From: Chrysomallon squamiferum
Taxonomy: Eukaryota > Animalia > Mollusca
Assembly (NCBI GenBank): GCA_012295275.1
Contig: CM022673.1
Coordinates: forward strand, 28,644,001 to 28,708,000
Direction: 5' to 3'
DNA: 64,000 bases
Shown here: piece by piece, positions 55,713 to 64,000 of the stretch
How positions within the stretch are numbered: the stretch's first letter is position 1
Layout of the letters: every line of letters starts with the position of its first letter
The notes under the pieces: generated by a model
What the model saw: the letters and a program-made list of their open reading frames with translations, nothing else
The model's database searches: none
What the model was told of the DNA's origin: nothing
Made by a program: the position numbers and the translations under genes

Positions 55713-57031
55713 AACACCGCTGTAAAGCAATAGCAAAGACATAAAAGTTAAAACTAATAATAGCAGCCACTTCTATGAGAATTAGTAAAACGTTTAGTCA
55801 AACTGTCTTCGAATGTTAGTATGTTAACCAGTGTGTGATATGGAAATATGTCGTTGTGTTAACCTTTAGAAATTAACTCTAGCTATGACTTGATCCTAGA
55901 ACTTACCAATCGTAACTCCGCAACTTAACCGTTGTGAAATGTCTAATCTGTACTGTACGTTGTTTTTTGTGAGAGACCTAAGTGCAGTTCACATCAGCAC
56001 TGATCAAGAAACTACTTCTCGCGTCTTTCAGACTAAATTAAAATATTGCCCAAAGCAAATAACAGTAGAGATCGTATTAAAGACAGCTTTGAAAAGCATT
56101 TTAAAATAATTTAGTTTTCTTCAGGTGATTTAAACTAGGAAGCCGAATAATTAGCTACATTGATTGTAGCCTGTGAATTGTGTCAAATTAGCTGTTGGTT
56201 GTACTTCCTCTACAATATACCTTTGATGGTAAAAAAATCAGTTTCTCAAATGGTTTATTTGTAGATAATTATCTTGAGGTTTTCTTTATTACTTTCGAAG
56301 ATTAAAAGCGACAAAGAGGAGAAGAAGAAGAAGGAATAGAGAGAGAAAGAAGGAGAGAAAGCATGAAGAGGAATGAAGGGGCTAGAGAGAGGATACGATA
56401 GGGGCGGGCATTCATGAAACAAAGCGCCATTGTTATTTTCATACCAAAAAGCTCACAAATGCTTTTTTTAGTTGTTTTTTTCCACAATATATTCTTTTCC
56501 AAACTGAAACGTGAAAAAAAAAAAATCAAAACGTCATATAGTCTGCATAATTTATAGACTTCATTACAACTCATTAATTAGGTTTTTTTAAAATCACCTG
56601 CTGCTGGATGTCTGAAATTTGATAATTTGCACATCGCCGTTAAGTGGAAATTCACTTCATGCTGCTTTGATAGTCTGGGCTGTTGCACAACACATCTTGT
56701 CACAGAGAGAACAGTCCACAACGTGGCGTGTTGTCTACCTATCGTTGGCAAAGCCAGCATCAGGAAATCGCCCACAACGAACTGACTGTCATCATTTCTA
56801 GCCTGAACGAGCATTAACCGGCCGCTTATAAAATTGGGTTCCATTTTGCTCCAGGAGAAAACTTCACCGAGTGTAATTTAGTAGATCACCTGCGAGAGAT
56901 TACAGACCAAACCACACATTACTGAGAGATGCCTGTGTAGGAAACCAACCACTTTAAACTGGGTGACATTATCATACGTGTTTTATATTTCGTATCACCT
57001 CACAGCCCTGTTTATTTAATTTTAATCTGTG

Positions 57032-57066
57032 TCATTATCATCATTATTATTATTATTATCATTATC

Positions 57067-57110
<44 letters not shown>

Positions 57111-57244
57111 CATGATTATTATCATCATCATTATTATTATCGTTATCATCATCATCATCATTATTATTATCATCATCATCATTATCATCATCATCATCAT
57201 CATTATTATTATTATCATCATCATCATCATTATTATTATTATTA
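57032..57244. repeat. (ATT/ATC)n compound microsatellite
   Basis: Direct reading. Confidence 0.95.
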
Positions 57245-58691
57245 ATACTTTTTCTTTAATTCTGAGTAAATCGTTTCGTCTTTATCATCTACCTATCTCT
57301 CTATTTAGCTGGCTATTGATCTACTAACCCACATACATTTCAGTGTCTCTCTCTCTGCCAGTCTGTTTATCGTCTGTTACCATCCATGTACCTGCCTATC
57401 TGTCTTTCTACAGCACATCTGTTTCTTGCGGTCTGTTTATCTCCCTTTATCTCTTTATAATTCATACATATCCATATAAATGTGTGTTTAAGTGTGTGTG
57501 TGTGTGTGTGTGTGTGCGTGATGCGTGCGTGCGTGTGTACATATAGTCTCGTGTGAGCTAACACAGTCTGTCTATTTATAATTCACCATGTTCCTCTGAT
57601 AATAAATCTTTCAGTACCCACTCGTTTTAATTTGTTTGCACCTTACGGTCTAGACAAAGTATGTTCACGAATTTACACAGAACTGTATCTCAGTAAACAC
57701 GTAAGACCTAATCTTCTGCTTCGTTCATTTTTCAACACGTTAACAACCTACTTTTGTGTTTGAATCTGATTTATGCATCTGACGGGCGCTACTAGCAAAC
57801 AGGACCAGTAAATACAGTTAAAGGTTTGCTGGACACAAATGGTGTTAGCGGTGACGTTAATGACTTCGTTCTGACACTTATTATACACTTAACAGAAAAC
57901 AGACCACTCGGAACAGCTGTACTAAACAGTTTGGAACGTAATGAACGATATGTGGGTGTGGGTGTGTCTAGGTGCGTGGGTGGACAGGTCAGTTCGAATT
58001 ACTGTGGGTAGTGGCTCTGTGATATACTTTTTGACTAAGTGTGCAGGTACTGGTTTATGTTTGTATATTTTGATATTAATGAAATAATATACTTATAATA
58101 CGTATATTTCTGAGAACTTCGTATTCACATAAACGTATATACATACATACCCAAACCACACAGTCATACATATACTATTATATACAGGAGCATACACATA
58201 GACACAAACACACACACAAGATATATACCTAATCCACACACATACAAACACATAACCACATTGTATTATGTACTCCGATGTAATCTACAATCAGAACAAG
58301 TAGAATCAATCATTATATTATTATTATCCACTTTTGTGATCCCGTTCTGATTATAACTCGTGAATAAAGTAAATGTCAGGCTCATATACGAGATCGTTAC
58401 TCTTATTTATCTCCCAGTTTCATAGCGTCCACTTCATTACTGCTGCCAGAGAATTGAATACTTTCTTATAATTGTGTTCTAGATGAACTGTGCAGTTTGT
58501 ACAATAACGATAGGTACTGTTCCAGGGCGATTCCAAATCAGATCATCTGTATAATTAATTAAATGTACAGAAATGTTACTTTTAATGAGGATATAGAATC
58601 AGAATATATACTTACATACACCAAATATATACACAAACATACATACACACAAACATACACACAAGTATACCTACATAGCTAAATGCCTAGC

Positions 58692-59351
<660 letters not shown>

Positions 59352-59855
59352 CTCACTTTTCTTTTTCTTTATTTATATTGTTAACTCTAGCGAAATGATT
59401 TTGTAGTTTACTGAAAAGCTCCATGAAAATCACGTCTTACCCTTTATCTATTTTTCTGCGTATCTTTTCTTTCTTAATACACCTCTATCGATCTTTTCCC
59501 TTTTTTTTCTGTTTTTTTTTTAAATATCTTTTTCATTAAAATGTCACAAGACTAATTCTAGTTAGAGTTATTGTCAGACATCGTCTAAAATAACTTTTTT
59601 TAATTTACGCTGGAGATTACAGTTTAATCAGATTTTTTTTTTAATAACGTTAAAATATGCCCATCAAAAGTGTGTTTATATAGTTTTGTGTGTGGACACA
59701 CAAGAAAACGCATATTTTTGTTGTTGTTTTTTGTTAAATATTTACATTCAGAAGAGAAGTGTTTTTTTACTGACTAGAATATTATAACAAGTCAATGTTA
59801 ATTTACAGTCGAACAAGATAACGGATATCATTCGTCTTCTACATTTCCATACATA

Positions 59856-60313
<458 letters not shown>

Positions 60314-60921
60314 CTTTCTTTTACTCTAATATATGGACGCCTCTCTGTTTACAAATTCCCACAGTCACTGGTTGTTTATGCCGTCAAGTTTTGCTGAGTC
60401 GAGCTGCCAATTAGCGTGTGAATCAAATTATCACCAGCCCAGACAGAAATGTAATTCACTTAACATTCACAACGTGTACATCTGCGTTTGAAAAACATAT
60501 TTACAATGTAAAGTTTCCTTATATAGTCAAGAAATCGTTTTGAATTATTCTCTTTTCTTAGTTTATTTTTTTTATTTTTTTTTTTTATTTTTAGGAAATA
60601 ATTAGTCTGAAGATATGATTTAAAAGTTTGTGGTAGTATTGTTTTTGACTTTTTTGTTCGTTGCTATTTTTATTTTTTATTTATTTATTTATTTTTTTTT
60701 TTTTTTTTTTGTATTAGTGTGTGTTTTTATGGTGTTTACATCCAAATCTTGTATTTGTTTGTTTGGTTGTTGTTTGGTTTAGTGTTTTTCGCTTGCTTGA
60801 TTGTTCGTTAATGTTTCATTTTTATGTAGTGTTTTGATTGTTGTTGTTTTTCGTGGGGTTCCTTTTTGTTTGTTTGTTTCGTTGTTGATTTTTTTTTTGT
60901 GTGTGTGTATTTAATTTTTAT

Positions 60922-60953
<32 letters not shown>

Positions 60954-60994
60954 TTTTTTTGGACAGAAGGGTTTTTTAATTTATTATTTTTACT

Positions 60995-61028
<34 letters not shown>

Positions 61029-62108
61029 GAGAATATATATACGTATATTATATTTTATGAAATTTGGTTTTAGTTCTTCCAGTCATCATTACTGCAATTA
61101 TTATTATTATTAATCTCAGTTACTAGCGCTTCATCCAGTGATAACATACGAATGAGAAAAGCCAGGTTTCAGTTGCAAAGACTCAGGTTTGTGGTGTCAT
61201 ATTCTGATCTTGAACAGAACTTCTTAAACTAATTCAGTCTCACGCATTCTCCAGTGTTTATGAGAAAATTTCATTTTGCTTTTGATAATTTTCATCTTGC
61301 CCAGTTTCATGTACTTCAATATAACTTCATTCAGCCGTGCAGAAATGTTTGCTAGTTTGAAAAGCAATGCTTTACGATCTTGACTATCGCGATTGCCAAA
61401 GCAGACCGTTAGAAAGCTTCATCGTAAATAAATCAACAGTCATACCTCCGACATCTGAATCCAGTCATTTAAATAAATGACAGCTGATGCATCTTTTAAA
61501 CAATAATAATAATACCATTTCATCCCGAAGCGAACAAACAGGCATCGTTGAAGAGATTCCGTTATGACGTCATCGCTCTTTGCTGCCTCGTTTTCGATGG
61601 AATGGAAATGCGACACAGTGATCTTCGGCCCCGAAACATCAATCTGGCTTTCTTTTTTTTTCTTTTTTTTTTTTCTTTTCGACGCTTGATTATGCTTTGA
61701 TGGGTATAATAACTGATAGCCGAACGAGTGCAAAGATCAGAGGCATTTGGGGAATTTTCATTCATAACATTCTGCCTCAATGGAAGCTAATATCTATTCA
61801 TGACGCGTTCTGCCCGGTGATCTATAGCCTGGGGGTCAAGGTCACGCTCAGATCTGGGGCAGCTTCGCCGGCGAAAGATTTCTTCTCTGTCAGTCAGTCG
61901 ACGTTGTGCACCGCGGAGCCGTCGTCAGCACTAAAAAGAGCTTAATAAAAATTCACTTATTTCATTTTAAGAAGCGTCGATTCAGACGAAGCAGTCGCTT
62001 GAAACATTTATTTGATGAAGACCTCAGATGACAACAAGATGGACGAGAAAGAGGAATAAAGAGCTGTGATAATAAAGAGTAATTTTTTTATATTTTTATT
62101 TATTTTTT

Positions 62109-62142
<34 letters not shown>

Positions 62143-62449
62143 GGGGGGGTATTTTTTCGTTTTACGTAAACTTAGTTGTATCAATGGTTTATAACGAGTG
62201 TCTGAATACTTATTTGAGCTTATTTGTTTAATATGAACTTTCTGAGACGTTGTAGAAAAACAAAATTTGAGTTAAAACATGATGGCAGGGTGCGGTTTTA
62301 TTAAATTAGTAAAATATTTTTATTGTTGGTTCAGAAATCATTTGCTATTCTCTGTATAGCTGCAAAGATAACCATGCCTTTTAAACATCTGATTCAGATC
62401 CTAGCTGTACAGTGTAATTTATAATAATTAAATAGGAATGACAATGATA

Positions 62450-62481
<32 letters not shown>

Positions 62482-62790
62482 AATTAATAATTGTTAATGA
62501 TGATAATAATAAAAAAACAATAACAACAACAAGAAAAAAAAAATGAAAACGAAACGGAGGTGTGACTGAAGTAGACTAATTCTGTTTTTCAAATGTCACG
62601 TTCCTGACAGAAGACTAAGTTCAAGTAGCCTTGCTTTGTCGTAATAGCTGAGTTCACTGCCGCTATCACTTTCATTCAACATTGTGTTTCTATCTCTGTC
62701 GCCTTTGGGAATTATTGATTTAGTATTAAGTAACTTAACCTTGATGATAAAGTGCTTTTATAAGTCATAGCTATAATAATAACAATAATC

Positions 62791-62831
<41 letters not shown>

Positions 62832-63344
62832 CAGTTTTAATATTAATAATAATAATTACAACAGTAATAATAATAGTAATAACAACAATAAAAATAGCAG
62901 AATTAATAATAATAATAAATTATAGAAAGACTATCGACTGACATATCAATGAATTTTCAATAATAATCCGATTAAAAACCTAAAACAAAACACTGTATAT
63001 ACATTGACACGTACAGCGAAAGTGAACTGAGGAATATACTGCGTATGCAACATGTTCAATAAGAGACGGAATTAACTTCAACAAACGAGAATAATACTGT
63101 GAATATGACAAAGGTAGAAGATAATTTTGCTTAGCGTACTGTCGACCTAATATCACAAATCGTCTTTGGGCAAAGTGCGTCATGTGTGTGGGTAGGTAGC
63201 GTTTTACATTACAGAGATTTAGTCAGTAATAGACCAGAAGACAAAGACATCCGTTACAACAGATGACCAAGAAAATATCGATATACTTTTTTTCTTTGTC
63301 TCACCTTTTCACGACACGCCTTGCAGCGTTATACTGAGTTCTGT

Positions 63345-63573
63345 TCCATCTCATAAACCAACTTTGTTCCAAGTTTACAAAACAGCTCAACATATACATA
63401 CATACATACTTACATACATACGTACATACACACATACATACATGTCCATCTCATTAACTTTGTTCCTAGTTTACAAAACAGCTTAACAATAAACGGATAC
63501 ATATATACATACATACATACATACATACATTCATACGTACATACATACATACATACATACATACATACATACA

Positions 63574-63607
<34 letters not shown>

Positions 63608-63680
63608 CATACATACATACATATATACATACATACATACATACATACATACATACATACATACGTACATAATACATACA
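63345..63680. repeat. Short (~45 bp) direct duplication, each copy followed by (TACA)n
   Basis: tccatctcat..aactttgttcc(a/t)agtttacaaaacagct(c/t)aaca at ~63345 and ~63445. Confidence 0.8.
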
Positions 63681-64000
63681 TACAGATATAGTAGATATAT
63701 TGTTTTATTTCGCCTCATATTCTGTCTTAATATGCAGTATTGGTACAGTTTAGTACCAGCCATACAAAATTAACGACATTTGTACCTTCTTTCACAAGTA
63801 TTTGTTCAGTATACTAAATTGACAGTATTATTTATCCATTATTGACTTAAATAAATAGAGTAACATAATTTAAATTTTCTGTGTGGTCTCAGAAATAAGG
63901 GTTAATCAATGTAGACCATTGATTTATCAGATTCTTTGCCGCAAGAAAGATCTACTACAATTTATTCCTTGTCACGATTCAGTAAATATAATTATTATTT

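Overview
AT-rich, microsatellite-saturated eukaryotic genomic DNA. The repeat landscape suggests an invertebrate, possibly a mollusc or cephalopod, but this is inference only. Almost every ORF in the supplied track is a simple-repeat artefact. The window holds the 5' half of one + strand spliced gene, a voltage-gated proton channel of the Hv1/HVCN1 family. Exon 47262-47386 encodes S0-S1 with the Asp selectivity filter. Exon 53070-53485 encodes an unusually long (~120 aa), sequon-rich S1-S2 loop with an RNKR furin-type site, followed by S2. A probable first coding exon at 1124-1185 is phase-compatible across a ~46 kb intron. S3-S4 were not found and presumably lie beyond base 64000. The channel has substitutions at two hydrophobic-gasket positions (V109->T, F150->L, human numbering), and its putative start codon is preceded by a relay of overlapping uORFs. 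The introns contain a hAT-type MITE, a minisatellite with seven perfect CRE sites, a related 22-bp minisatellite, a 138-bp duplication packed with TTACGTAA sites, and two strong hairpins. All coordinates and alignments were read by eye, with no database search.
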